A stretch of DNA of 64,000 nt from sequence record KT454806; one strand, 5' to 3'. Positions 1 to 10,713 of the stretch are shown piece by piece; positions within the stretch are counted from its first letter, which is position 1; each line of letters starts with the position of its first letter. The notes beneath the pieces were generated by a model, which was not told where the DNA came from, searched no databases, and saw only the letters and a program-made list of their open reading frames with translations. The DNA is from Escherichia phage SUSP2. Position numbers and translations under genes: made by a program.

Positions 1-317
1 CAGACATTTTCATCAATCTGGCTGTCAATCTTCTTCAAGAATGCACCGAAAGAGTCTGGGTCAACCTTCGCAATAACAAAACCATCATTGTCAAAGTCTA
101 TCCCATAATATGGAAGGTTGTTTGACAGAATCATGTTCTCACGATTTGGTAAAGGTTTACGTCCAAGAGTCTTGAAAGTCTCGTTACCCATGATTACAAG
201 CTGGTTTTGAGTCAGCTTTTTAAACTCTTTCATGTCTTCACGGTTACGCTCCCAAGGCATCCCATCAGGAGTACCAAACTCACCTTTACGACCACTTGCA
301 AATACTAAACGAATCAT
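1..317 (-). CDS. frd: dihydrofolate reductase, N-terminal 105 aa (gene continues past window start)
   Basis: Reverse translation from ATG at 317-315 gives MIRLVFASGRKGEFGTPDGMPWERNREDMKEFKKL..VIMGNETFKTLGRKPLPNRENMILS, resembling T4-type DHFR N-terminus and the VIMGxxTFxSL..LPxRxNIVLS region. Confidence 0.75.
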   Translation of the reverse strand, partial: MIRLVFASGRKGEFGTPDGMPWERNREDMKEFKKLTQNQLVIMGNETFKTLGRKPLPNRENMILSNNLPYYGIDFDNDGFVIAKVDPDSFGAFLKKIDSQIDENV

Positions 318-583
318 TTGAAAAACCCCTTAATGATAAACCAGTTGATGACGTTCTTAATAACTTTAACTGGATGGTAAATAATATGTGGATGTGGCTC
401 ATAACTTCCATAAGCCCAAAAAGAAACAACCTTCATACAACCACGGCAACGAGTGTACTCTGCTGCTACATGACCAGATACAATATCACTTACCTCACCT
501 TGGAAGTCTGTACCACCACAATGAGGACAACGTATTGGTTCGCCACTCTGCATGTAACAGTGTTCAACTTTAAAGATTTTCAT
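314..583 (-). CDS. zinc-ribbon protein (CPHCGG..CRGC)
   Basis: 89 aa ORF; two CxxC pairs; stop overlaps DHFR start (ATGA). Confidence 0.5.
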   Translation of the reverse strand: MKIFKVEHCYMQSGEPIRCPHCGGTDFQGEVSDIVSGHVAAEYTRCRGCMKVVSFWAYGSYEPHPHIIYHPVKVIKNVINWFIIKGFFK

Positions 584-786
584 TTCTTATTCACCTTATA
601 TTCTTGTTCCAGTTTTACAATGAAATCAAGGTCATCACCACACGATGAAAGGAAGTCTTCAAAGTGTTTTGGGATGAAATCTAAGAAGTTCATCGTTGCA
701 AGATTGCCAGCAAGAGTTATGTAGCTGTTATTCTGACATTCAGCAGTGATTACATACTCACCAGCTTCTGGCCTTACCAAATCCAC
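580..786 (-). CDS. hypothetical protein
   Basis: 68 aa ORF co-oriented, start/stop overlap with neighbours. Confidence 0.4.
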   Translation of the reverse strand: MDLVRPEAGEYVITAECQNNSYITLAGNLATMNFLDFIPKHFEDFLSSCGDDLDFIVKLEQEYKVNKK

Positions 787-794
787 AATATCAT

Positions 795-1097
795 CTAAAA
801 AGATGTTAAGTAAAGCTTTGAAGCTACGTGATACTGCATACCTTCATACAACTCAATGCTTGGAACCAGCTTCACAGAGATTGATTTAGAATCTCGAAAC
901 TCAGTAGTGAAGAGGTGAGTTGGTAAAAGGCAAAGTGCATCACCAGTATCTTCATCAAGAAACTCAATCATTCCAGCTTCGTAGTTTGTCTCAATCAGGA
1001 TTGTGCCCTCTTGGAGCCTACGATTTTTCAGGTGTTCTTTGATAACACCCTTAAGCAGAATTGCTTCTGGTTCTGTTAAGCTGTTTCCAATCTTCAT
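795..1097 (-). CDS. hypothetical protein
   Basis: 100 aa ORF in compact minus-strand operon. Confidence 0.45.
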   Translation of the reverse strand: MKIGNSLTEPEAILLKGVIKEHLKNRRLQEGTILIETNYEAGMIEFLDEDTGDALCLLPTHLFTTEFRDSKSISVKLVPSIELYEGMQYHVASKLYLTSF

Positions 1098-1098
1098 A

Positions 1099-1599
1099 TT
1101 AAACCTCTACAAAAGTTTGTTTGTCATTATCGTATGCGAAGAATTGTATAACCTTTTGAGTGTTCCAGTCAATCTTTTCATCATAAGAAAGACCTTTATC
1201 AACACGCTTTGCAACAGTCTGATAGATTATCTCACGTAACTTCTCAAACTCTGTTCCACTACTGAACGGTTGCATAGTGACTTTCTTGTAACCCTCAACA
1301 GCTTTCTTGTTCCACTCTTGAGCAGTTGGGGAGGTTACTTTGTACAGCCGTGGGAACAGTTCATAACCCATCTTATTTTCTTCGTTAGCCATACGAAGTT
1401 GATGGAAGTACTCATTTACTCGACCATCTTCTTCAAGCCATTTGTAAATCGTCTGCAAACGACCTAAATCGTTATTGTAATGTGCAGCACGTTTCACAGC
1501 ACCTTTCTCAGTACGATACGGAGACTTAGGAAGACTTAGCATACGTCCTGTCATCAGGTTGTATCCGAAGAACAAATCAATTTTTACGGGAAGAGACAT
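1099..1599 (-). CDS. hypothetical protein
   Basis: 166 aa ORF, no motif recognised. Confidence 0.5.
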   Translation of the reverse strand: MSLPVKIDLFFGYNLMTGRMLSLPKSPYRTEKGAVKRAAHYNNDLGRLQTIYKWLEEDGRVNEYFHQLRMANEENKMGYELFPRLYKVTSPTAQEWNKKAVEGYKKVTMQPFSSGTEFEKLREIIYQTVAKRVDKGLSYDEKIDWNTQKVIQFFAYDNDKQTFVEV

Positions 1600-1943
1600 T
1601 TGATATCCTCATTTTTGAATACGAAAGTGGTATACTTAGTACCATCAACATCAAGCCAAGCACACATTACATCGACACCTTCAAGGTTGCTGTGAAGGTC
1701 ACGAATAAAATGGTCTCGTACTTCTTTTGCACAGGTTGTCTCCAGTTTAATATTGGAGATTGCTGAACCAACAGCCATATAACCTTTTACACGATTCTTC
1801 TCAGAATGCTTAATCAGTCCTTCCTGAACATAATCAGTTAGGTCATCAAGAATGTATTTCCCATACTGCTTCTCAGTTTCAGTAGGTTTCCCGTAGAAGC
1901 CAATTGCAAAGTTACCTTTGAAGATTGCATTTTCACGTTTCAT
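1584..1943 (-). CDS. hypothetical protein
   Basis: 119 aa ORF, overlaps downstream gene by 16 nt. Confidence 0.5.
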   Translation of the reverse strand: MKRENAIFKGNFAIGFYGKPTETEKQYGKYILDDLTDYVQEGLIKHSEKNRVKGYMAVGSAISNIKLETTCAKEVRDHFIRDLHSNLEGVDVMCAWLDVDGTKYTTFVFKNEDIKCLFP

Positions 1944-1944
1944 A

Positions 1945-2274
1945 TTAATCTGACAGCCTTAAGTTAAAGTTAACACCAAGTTTTTCACAAGCTTTCAACA
2001 TGTATTCAAGGGTAATCTTTCCAGTACCGTTGACAATGTTGGAAACACGACTTTGAGAGATATCACAAATCTTTGCGACTTGTGCCTGAGAAAGTTTTCT
2101 TTTCTCAATTTCTTTTTCAAAACGGAATGCAACGAACTCTCTCATTTCGTCTACATCCATTGGACAGATATAACTTGCCATCTCATACTCTCTATCAGCT
2201 TCCCACTTATCTTGTGGAGCATAAGGGTCAAAGACTTCATTCATCTTTCTTCCTCCGTTTTCTGGAAGTGTCAA
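1945..2274 (-). CDS. helix-turn-helix DNA-binding protein (XRE-like)
   Basis: 109 aa; LSQAQVAKICDISQSRVSNIVNG resembles an HTH_3 motif. Confidence 0.55.
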   Translation of the reverse strand: MTLPENGGRKMNEVFDPYAPQDKWEADREYEMASYICPMDVDEMREFVAFRFEKEIEKRKLSQAQVAKICDISQSRVSNIVNGTGKITLEYMLKACEKLGVNFNLRLSD

Positions 2275-2440
2275 TCAATGAATCTATGTTTGTTGCTCTG
2301 ACGTTTTCACGAGTACCATTGATATGGTCATCCAGTGCTTTATCTACCTCAGAGTCATCTGCACAGTAAACTCGGAAGATAGCATAACCTTCATCGTCAA
2401 GCACTTCTCCATAGTTCTTCCTGCAATGATTCTTCTTCAT
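2237..2440 (-). CDS. hypothetical protein
   Basis: 67 aa ORF. Confidence 0.35.
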   Translation of the reverse strand: MKKNHCRKNYGEVLDDEGYAIFRVYCADDSEVDKALDDHINGTRENVRATNIDSLIDTSRKRRKKDE

Positions 2441-2441
2441 A

Positions 2442-2822
2442 TCATAGACCTACGCAGGTACGCTTTTCAACAAAATAGTGAACACCTTTGAAAGTTTCAT
2501 CCATCATTTCACTTTCAGTATCACTGACCTTCTCAATGCTTTTGGAATCAAGCAAGTCAACATCCTGAGTGACCATAGCATCAGAAACAGCTTCGTAGTA
2601 GTCTGCCATCACACGATATTTGTAATCAGTAATACGGTCAGACATTTCTATGACAGTTGGAGAAGATAACGGCTTAGTTAACTCCCCAGCATCTGTTACG
2701 ACTTTACGAACAATCTGACAAGCCTCCATAGAGACCTTGCTAAAGTCTGCTTCAGGCATCTTCATAGCTGATGCACCAAAACTCAGAGTTGCCAGAATGA
2801 CACCTACCATAAGCTTTTTCAT
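2442..2822 (-). CDS. secreted/periplasmic protein with N-terminal signal peptide
   Basis: 126 aa; MKKLMVGVILATLSFGASA hydrophobic leader. Confidence 0.5.
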   Translation of the reverse strand: MKKLMVGVILATLSFGASAMKMPEADFSKVSMEACQIVRKVVTDAGELTKPLSSPTVIEMSDRITDYKYRVMADYYEAVSDAMVTQDVDLLDSKSIEKVSDTESEMMDETFKGVHYFVEKRTCVGL

Positions 2823-3180
2823 AACTCACCTCATATAAAATTTTGTATACATTCAAGTATAAAAATAAGCTATAACACCTGACTTGTCAACAGATTTTAT
2901 AGCTTATTTGGCAGATTTTTTATAAGGCTACTGCCATCCTTCCATACCTCACCGCACCCTACTACACCCCCACCTTACCGAACCGCGCCATACCAAACAT
3001 CACTTAAAAACCCTTTTCAAAGACTCTTAAGTGATGTAATCGAATTTTAATGTAGCTCCGATTAACTACCCATACCTCACCTCACCTAACCTCACATTAC
3101 CAAACCGCATACTACCTCATTAAAAGACCCTGTTTAAAGGCCTTTTAAAAAGGAGCCTCCGAAGAGGCTACCTAGTCAAC
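2823..3180. repeat. G-depleted C/A-rich intergenic repeat module A (imperfect copy of 4227-4604)
   Basis: Shares with 4227-4604 the blocks ccatacc(t)tacc.., ctcattaaaagaccctNtttaaagNccttttaaaaagg and the 10-bp-arm palindrome catcacttaa..ttaagtgatg. Confidence 0.6.
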
Positions 3181-3621
3181 TTAGAAAGGTTTTCTACGTT
3201 GCTTGTTAATGTTAGCTTTCATAGCGGCTAAATGGTTTTGCTGTTCAATCAATCGTGAACGTTCTTGATGACTAAGTGCCATAGTGTTCACATTCTCAAT
3301 TGCTTGAGTCGCTTGCTTTAAGGCGCGACCAATCTTACCAGACATTTTACGTTTTGCAATAGTTGCTTGATGTTTTGGTTCAACTACACGATAACCCACA
3401 CCCATTGAAGCAACCAGATAAATCTTTTCTTCTTTAAGAAGCTTTTCGATAAACTTCTCAAGTCGGTTTAATCGTGTCAGAGAATAAGCCTTCATCTCAT
3501 CTTCGTACTTAACAATATCACCCTGATAAGTTGGCTTCACAATACCTAAGAAGGTATCCATTTCAGAGTGTGATACAGTATCACCGTAACTAAACTTTGC
3601 TGCTAATGCTTTTGTATTCAT
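3181..3621 (-). CDS. hypothetical protein
   Basis: 146 aa ORF inside cassette bracketed by repeat modules. Confidence 0.5.
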   Translation of the reverse strand: MNTKALAAKFSYGDTVSHSEMDTFLGIVKPTYQGDIVKYEDEMKAYSLTRLNRLEKFIEKLLKEEKIYLVASMGVGYRVVEPKHQATIAKRKMSGKIGRALKQATQAIENVNTMALSHQERSRLIEQQNHLAAMKANINKQRRKPF

Positions 3622-3623
3622 AA

Positions 3624-4604
<981 letters not shown>

Positions 4605-4792
4605 TCAACAATTTTCTAATAAAGTTTTATAAAGATTTTGCTTAACGACCCGCCTCACATGCCTATGCTCTTTCTTAATAAAGAGTGACCTCTTCTTGAC
4701 AGAGCGCCTATTCTTGTAGGTATTACTAGGATACTTATCATGAACCGGACAACAACTACCCGGATTTGTAAACTTGATAATCTCTCTTTTCA

Positions 4793-5896
4793 CTATTCAT
4801 AATCCCTAATAACGAGACCAACAGGGAACTGTAAAGACCCCTTACGAGTCATCTTCTGGAACTGAACCGTCAAAGGTTTCCCGATAAACTCTTCAGGATG
4901 TTCAGCAAGATACTGTTTCTTTTCATGGGTAGTTTTCCATGAAACATCTACAAAGACGTTAGGAAGAGTCTCTACAACGAACTTACCATGACCACGTTTA
5001 TCAGTCTTCACACCAGTTACTTTAAATTCTTCCGTGTGCATCTTCTTATGCTTAATCAGGAAGTAAGAACGGTGACCACACTCATAGAAAGATTCTGCTG
5101 AGATGGAACGGTACATTGCCCCTTCAAACTTCAGCTTAACCCAATTGTCATGGGCTTTGTCGAACTCTTCCCAAGAGTTAACACGGATAGTTTGCACAGG
5201 TACAACCCTACAAGCATCACCGAGTTCAACAATTGGAGAGTTATCAATGATTTCACGGCGCTCAGGCCAAGTTTTAGTTTTGTCACAGATATCATACCAG
5301 TAGAATTTAAGTAGGTGACGGTCTGGATTGTCAGCATTCTTAATCATAGACACGATATCTTCTAAATCCCAACCATGAGCATAGATTTCACCATCAAAAT
5401 CTTGAACTTGTGGGTGGCATTTAAGCATCAGAAGCAAGTCTGGAATTAACTCTTCAGGTACGTTGTACACAGTATTTTCACGGGAGTAAGCTGTGAAGTT
5501 CACTGAGTCAGCATCTCTTGATATACGGCAACGAACACCATCAAGCTTCGGTTGAGCATCAGCAGGGAACTTCAAATACTTGGCATGACTGACCTTTGCA
5601 GCATCTTGTGCAAGTTGTACACCAACCTTCTCAGTGTTCTCTGCTTCAGATTTTGTGTAAGCATAACCTTTACGGTCAACCTGTTTCTTGTACTTAGCAG
5701 CAACTTCAAAGAGAGCTTGCTGTTCAGCATTACGCTCATTCTTTTTACCGATGTTTTTCGGTTCTGCTGTGTACTCTTCAAACATCATCTTGCCATTTTC
5801 TTTGCCATACGTGGTAACAACTTTGTCACCTACAGCGACACATGACCAGACATTAAAAGAGCCATCTTTATTTTGTTTGTACAGAATTGTCATCAT
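4793..5896 (-). CDS. ATP-dependent DNA ligase
   Basis: PKLDGVRC matches ligase adenylation motif I (KxDGxR); about 370 aa as in T7/T4-type ligases; start chosen at internal Met overlapping upstream stop. Confidence 0.8.
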   Translation of the reverse strand: MMTILYKQNKDGSFNVWSCVAVGDKVVTTYGKENGKMMFEEYTAEPKNIGKKNERNAEQQALFEVAAKYKKQVDRKGYAYTKSEAENTEKVGVQLAQDAAKVSHAKYLKFPADAQPKLDGVRCRISRDADSVNFTAYSRENTVYNVPEELIPDLLLMLKCHPQVQDFDGEIYAHGWDLEDIVSMIKNADNPDRHLLKFYWYDICDKTKTWPERREIIDNSPIVELGDACRVVPVQTIRVNSWEEFDKAHDNWVKLKFEGAMYRSISAESFYECGHRSYFLIKHKKMHTEEFKVTGVKTDKRGHGKFVVETLPNVFVDVSWKTTHEKKQYLAEHPEEFIGKPLTVQFQKMTRKGSLQFPVGLVIRDYE

Positions 5897-6087
5897 CAAT
5901 CTCCAGAATGATACCAAGTGTCACAAGAGTTACACGCGAAGAGTTTTAAATCCTCCTTGTTTGGTTTATGAAAACAATTTGCCCCACAACGGCAATGGAA
6001 TGCCTTACCACCAACTGTCAAGATAAAAGACTCAACCTCTCCATCAGGTGTTCTTACAGCATTCTTAAATTTGTCTTCTTTACTCAT
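5896..6087 (-). CDS. small zinc-binding protein
   Basis: 63 aa with CRCGANCFH..CNSCDTWYH. Confidence 0.45.
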   Translation of the reverse strand: MSKEDKFKNAVRTPDGEVESFILTVGGKAFHCRCGANCFHKPNKEDLKLFACNSCDTWYHSGD

Positions 6088-6290
6088 TTTCTCTTCCCAC
6101 CAATTTCTACATCAATAACCTGAACATCACCAGCAACATCAAACTTGTGAATGATGTTCTCTACAGTGTAAGTCCAACCTTCAATGCGAACCCATTCACC
6201 TTCTCGTGGTACTATTGGATTACGTTGAGCTACCGTTGTAGTAGAGTGAACAACATCATAACGGTATACATAGTTTACTAAAACTTGCAT
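6084..6290 (-). CDS. hypothetical protein
   Basis: 68 aa ORF. Confidence 0.4.
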   Translation of the reverse strand: MQVLVNYVYRYDVVHSTTTVAQRNPIVPREGEWVRIEGWTYTVENIIHKFDVAGDVQVIDVEIGGKRK

Positions 6291-6299
6291 AGTGTTTCC

Positions 6300-6527
6300 T
6301 TAAAAGAATAAGTCAGAGGCTTTTGGAGAATCTTGCACAATACTCCACCCTGATTTCTGCCAATCAAGACCACGATACCATGAAGTCATCGGGTAACCCA
6401 TTTCACAGACAATGGTTCCATCTTTCATTTCAAAGAACTCATCAGATGTGAAGTTCTCATTACGTACTTTCTTACCTTGCTTCATTGCTTCAACAGCTTC
6501 TTCAAAAGTCATTTTTGGTTTCTCCAA
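6300..6527 (-). CDS. hypothetical protein
   Basis: 75 aa ORF. Confidence 0.45.
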   Translation of the reverse strand: MEKPKMTFEEAVEAMKQGKKVRNENFTSDEFFEMKDGTIVCEMGYPMTSWYRGLDWQKSGWSIVQDSPKASDLFF

Positions 6528-6530
6528 TAC

Positions 6531-6743
6531 TTAAAAGTTAATGTCGATGCGTTCACCCTTAAGGACTCCAGTGCGGTCTCTTGCAATCTTACCGTCAACA
6601 ATAAGGATATGTGCAGCCCTTAAAGAGTCACGATTAAAACCTTTTACGAACTTACTAGGCATCACTACAATGAGCATCTCCTGAATCAACTCTGGAGTGT
6701 AGCAGTTGTCGTGAAGTTGTTGGATAACGTCTGAAAGTGTCAT
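6531..6743 (-). CDS. hypothetical protein
   Basis: 70 aa ORF. Confidence 0.4.
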   Translation of the reverse strand: MTLSDVIQQLHDNCYTPELIQEMLIVVMPSKFVKGFNRDSLRAAHILIVDGKIARDRTGVLKGERIDINF

Positions 6744-6794
6744 AAACCCTCCTATACAAGATACAGTATAAGGTACTCTTCCATGAGCACCTTG

Positions 6795-7322
6795 TCAACT
6801 TAGTTTTGCAAACTCTCCGTGAAGTTTCATAGAAGCTTCACAGTAAGCTTTATGGGCTTCTTCAGGGGTGTCATAGTAGCCTAATGACATCTTTTTACCT
6901 TTATAGCTTATTTGCGCAACCCACCTACCAGACTTCTTCTTCAGGCTTACACCCTTATAGCCTGATTTATTGGTGGATAGTTTGCTTTTATTCCAAGCAC
7001 TTTGGCAGTCGTCTGCTTCTCTTAAGTTTACAATCCTGTTATCAAGGGAGTCCCCATTACTATGGTCAATAACACCTTTAGGTAACCTACCATACACGTA
7101 CAGCCATGCGAGTCTGTGCGCTTTATGTGCTTTCTTGTCAAAATAGATAGTAATCTGCTTATGACCAGTTGAGTCAATCTGGAGGCTTCCCGCTACCTGT
7201 CCTGCGTACTGGCTATTAAAAACTTTAACAGCCTTTGAGTCGCCCTCTCTACGAAGCCAAGTAAAGACCCCTATTTCGGGGTCATAGTGTAGTAGTTCCT
7301 TTAAACGTTCTTGTGTAATCAT
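6795..7322 (-). CDS. HNH homing endonuclease with AP2 DNA-binding domain
   Basis: HRLAWLYVYG..IDHSNGDSLDNRIVNLREA (HNH) followed by SGYKGVS..SGRWVAQISYKGKKMSLGYYDTPEEAHKAY (AP2); sits directly downstream of the DNA polymerase gene. Confidence 0.8.
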   Translation of the reverse strand: MITQERLKELLHYDPEIGVFTWLRREGDSKAVKVFNSQYAGQVAGSLQIDSTGHKQITIYFDKKAHKAHRLAWLYVYGRLPKGVIDHSNGDSLDNRIVNLREADDCQSAWNKSKLSTNKSGYKGVSLKKKSGRWVAQISYKGKKMSLGYYDTPEEAHKAYCEASMKLHGEFAKLS

Positions 7323-7332
7323 TTTGTCACCA

Positions 7333-10032
7333 TTAATGCACTTCCAACCACGATTTACCGACCTTACCAGTACCAGTTACCAGTGTTTTACTCTTTAGTC
7401 CTAAGTTCTTAGAGGCTTGCCCGTAATACCAATCAGTGACAGCCTTCACCTCTGCCGTCATACTTTCTGGACATTCCCAACTTGTCTCATCGTGATAGGA
7501 GCACAATAAACGAGCACCTATAGCTGGTTTACGACCGTTCAACTTCATCAAACCTTCGTCAATCATACGACGGCAAGCAAGGTTAATTGCCTCGTTCTGA
7601 ATCTGGCTTTCCGAACCCATCAGTAAGTAGTTCAATAGTTTGTGTGGAGATTTACACCACAACCATGCTCCAGCCACCTTGACAAAACCACCTTTAGAGA
7701 TTGCAGCAGTCTTACCAAATACTTCTTCAAGTGCTTTCTTAGTTGCTTTAAAGTCAGCTTCCAAGTTGTCTAACAGTTTCTTAATCTTCGGCAAACGCAC
7801 AAAGTAAGTCTGTTTAGTTAATGCACCTTCCTGAGTAGTCGCAGCTTTAATCGTCTTAGCAAACTTCTCATCACCAGCACCGAACAGTAACGCATAGATA
7901 CCATTCTTAGCTTTCTTACGACCTTTGCTAATTTCGTGAAGAAGATTTTCATCCTGAGTCATACGACAAGTCAAGATATCTTGTTCTTCATTCAAGCTGA
8001 AGTAGATACTGTTCAGTGTATGTGCATCAGTACCTGAGTAAACTACGTACAAGTCATTTTCAGAGTCGTAATGCAGATACTTATCAACTTCTGGATTCAG
8101 GTATTCGTCAAAGTGTTTGCAGTAGTATCTGCCATCTTCCTGACGGATAAACTCAATCTCTTCTTTACCCTGAGTTACTGCTTTGGTGAACTCTTTGTCA
8201 CCCATAAAGTTGCACAGTAAAACAAGTTGCGCTGAATTCATGTCAACGGAGACTACGTTTGTACCTTCTTCACAAATCCAGACTGCCCTCATTGGTTCAC
8301 CGTAAACAGCAGCCCCAGAAGGTACGTTCACGATTCCGTATTGTGTCATACGTCCAGTTGAAGTGCCAAACACCATTGCACCAGCACTCAAACGACCATC
8401 TGGACGAATCTGGTTTAACCAACCTTTTTCATCATCCTTTGAGTTCTCGATAGTTCTGCGTCGGTGCATCAAAGTATAGTACTTCGCAATCTTCTGTCCA
8501 AGTTCACCTTCAATCGTATCGTAAGATGATTCAGTCAGTTTCGGTGAAGTCCGAATCAAGCAAGGTTCAAGCAAATCTGTGTACTTCTTAACAGACCAGT
8601 TGTGTTCGATGTACTGTACACCTTCATGCTCAACATAGTTCAATCCGCAACGGTCTACCATCTCTTGCCATTTCGGATGTTTACGAATCATCTTCTTGTT
8701 GTCTTTGAAGCGACAAACCTTCACCGGACGACCATCAGAATCTTTCTTGTAGTTCCAGTCATCAGGAATCCAGCCAAGAGTTTTCAGATAATCCTTCACA
8801 ACCGCAACCTGAGTCATACGCGACACTTCGAACTCAATCGGTGTATAAGGTGCATCAATCAAACCTGTGTAACGACTTGACTCAAGTTCAAAGTGATTTA
8901 CTACGTGGTTGTTGTAGTACTTCACAGTCTTCACAGTCTTAACTGGTTTCCAGTCTTTGCACTTCTTATCAATCGCAGCATTCAACTCATTACAAACTGC
9001 ACGAGCATCTTTCATTGCAACGAAACCTTCTTTGTACTCTTCTCCAGTAACCGTGTTAGTCGGAGTGTAGCAGTTACGCTTCTCAATGTTGAAAATCTTG
9101 GTAGTCGGTTTACCAAAAGGCTTGATAGCGTAAGTCTGCATCTCACCATTGCGAACCTGCTGACGGAACTTAGTTTTTGGATACTTAGTGATACGCTTCA
9201 AACCATCTGCTTCACCAAATGTCTCAACATACTCGTTCCAAGCCCTTGCAAACTCTTCACCAGTGACTTTGCCTTTCGTCTTAATAGTTGGTGGCAGATG
9301 AGGCTCAACTTCAGCAGCTAATTCATCAGTCAGTCTGTCAAGTTCTTTGACATGGAACTGCATAAGTTCAATATCAGCTTTCCAACCGTTAATAGCTTGC
9401 TGACTCATCCAGAAAGATGTTTCTTTAGCTCGCATGTAGGTTTCGTAAGTGTCTACACCACACTTCTTCAGTTTCAGGTATTCATTATCAAGAGCACGTT
9501 TAGCTTTGGCGTTGATTCGAATATCCTCAACAACACGGTTCAGAATGTCAGCATTCCAGACACCCCACTCTTCAATTTCTGGTTTACGAACACCAACACG
9601 AGCACCCCATGCAGCCAAACCATGAGCACCTTTGTAACCTTTCGGTGTAGGTCTATCCATCCACTGAACACGAGACTGGATAAGAGAATCCTGAAAGAAG
9701 TCTCCCCAAGGTTTACACTTCGGATTGTCAAAGTTCCATAAGTCCGGTGCAATGTGATTGAACACCCACCAGTCATAGCCAAGACCGTTATGAATGCAGA
9801 GACGTTTTGCCTTAAGAGCAAACTCCACACCTTCACGAAGACCACCTTTGATGTACTTAGTACACTTGTGACCAAGGATAGGTTCATCGGTGAAGACCCA
9901 CACAGCAGGTTCGTCACTGTCATCTTTGTAATCTGCAAATGCCATTACGTGTGCTTTTGTGAACTCAAGGAGTAACCCATCAGTTTCGGTATCACCTACC
10001 AAGTGCAAGTTTTCAAAATCTACGTTTTCCAT
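7333..10032 (-). CDS. family A DNA polymerase with 3'-5' exonuclease domain
   Basis: 899 aa; exo motif VGDTETDGL; motif A VVSVDMNSAQLVLL; motif B KGRKKAKNGIYALLFGAG; motif C YHDE. Confidence 0.9.
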   Translation of the reverse strand: MENVDFENLHLVGDTETDGLLLEFTKAHVMAFADYKDDSDEPAVWVFTDEPILGHKCTKYIKGGLREGVEFALKAKRLCIHNGLGYDWWVFNHIAPDLWNFDNPKCKPWGDFFQDSLIQSRVQWMDRPTPKGYKGAHGLAAWGARVGVRKPEIEEWGVWNADILNRVVEDIRINAKAKRALDNEYLKLKKCGVDTYETYMRAKETSFWMSQQAINGWKADIELMQFHVKELDRLTDELAAEVEPHLPPTIKTKGKVTGEEFARAWNEYVETFGEADGLKRITKYPKTKFRQQVRNGEMQTYAIKPFGKPTTKIFNIEKRNCYTPTNTVTGEEYKEGFVAMKDARAVCNELNAAIDKKCKDWKPVKTVKTVKYYNNHVVNHFELESSRYTGLIDAPYTPIEFEVSRMTQVAVVKDYLKTLGWIPDDWNYKKDSDGRPVKVCRFKDNKKMIRKHPKWQEMVDRCGLNYVEHEGVQYIEHNWSVKKYTDLLEPCLIRTSPKLTESSYDTIEGELGQKIAKYYTLMHRRRTIENSKDDEKGWLNQIRPDGRLSAGAMVFGTSTGRMTQYGIVNVPSGAAVYGEPMRAVWICEEGTNVVSVDMNSAQLVLLCNFMGDKEFTKAVTQGKEEIEFIRQEDGRYYCKHFDEYLNPEVDKYLHYDSENDLYVVYSGTDAHTLNSIYFSLNEEQDILTCRMTQDENLLHEISKGRKKAKNGIYALLFGAGDEKFAKTIKAATTQEGALTKQTYFVRLPKIKKLLDNLEADFKATKKALEEVFGKTAAISKGGFVKVAGAWLWCKSPHKLLNYLLMGSESQIQNEAINLACRRMIDEGLMKLNGRKPAIGARLLCSYHDETSWECPESMTAEVKAVTDWYYGQASKNLGLKSKTLVTGTGKVGKSWLEVH

Positions 10033-10093
10033 TTTTACTCCCTCTCAAAATCATTGACTCAATACATTACTGCAAAAAGTTTCAAAAAGCAAG

Positions 10094-10122
10094 TTGACAA
10101 TTCACTTGACAAGGTGTTAATC
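10094..10122 (+). promoter_or_regulatory. candidate sigma70-like promoter in divergent region
   Basis: TTGACA, 17 bp spacer, TTAATC; weak -10. Confidence 0.3.
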
Positions 10123-10289
10123 TTTGCGAAGTGGGTTTTAACTTAAAAGACTCCCTTTACAGATTAACTATACAGTTTCTTTAAAACCCTTAAAAGATTT
10201 TTAATAGCTTTTAAGAAGCTTTAAAGTTATACGTATAGAATACGTAAAGAAAACAGATTAAGTTTAATAGGTACTTAAAAGAGGGCATT

Positions 10290-10712
10290 ATGCAGAGAAT
10301 GTTTGTTCACCCAGACATAGCTGACTTCATGAGAGCTTTAAAAAAGTTGGAAGAACTTGACATTGCTGCTCAAAAGGAATACGCTTACCATCATCGTCGA
10401 ATGGTTGATGTTCAACATGAGATTGAACTCTCCGAAGGCTACGATGAAAGAATGAAATGTTCAGTCTTTGAGCATATGAAGGAGATATCGGCTGAGAGGC
10501 GTAAAGCAAAAGATACACTCTTCTTGATAGATTCTTTAAAAAAGAAGTTGCAAAACGGAACAGACTTAGATAACCTAGCAACACTGATTAGCGATGTAGA
10601 AAGTTCATGGGATAGACATTACTTCCCAAGGTCTGAAAAAGTTCTTGACTTTTCCTCTACAGAGAGCTTAAAGTTATCACGACAAACACTTAACAAAATG
10701 AGAGAGAATTAA
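10290..10712 (+). CDS. hypothetical protein
   Basis: 140 aa, first gene of plus-strand block. Confidence 0.5.
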   Translation: MQRMFVHPDIADFMRALKKLEELDIAAQKEYAYHHRRMVDVQHEIELSEGYDERMKCSVFEHMKEISAERRKAKDTLFLIDSLKKKLQNGTDLDNLATLISDVESSWDRHYFPRSEKVLDFSSTESLKLSRQTLNKMREN

Positions 10713-10713
10713 T

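Noticed and set aside
4605-4793. 62 aa minus-strand ORF downstream of the ligase
   Set aside because: Basic low-complexity translation with no convincing RBS; it sits at the edge of the repeat module, so it is left uncalled.
8259-9975. Several 60-140 aa ORFs inside and antisense to the DNA polymerase gene
   Set aside because: They are fully contained within a well-supported 899 aa gene and have low-complexity translations.
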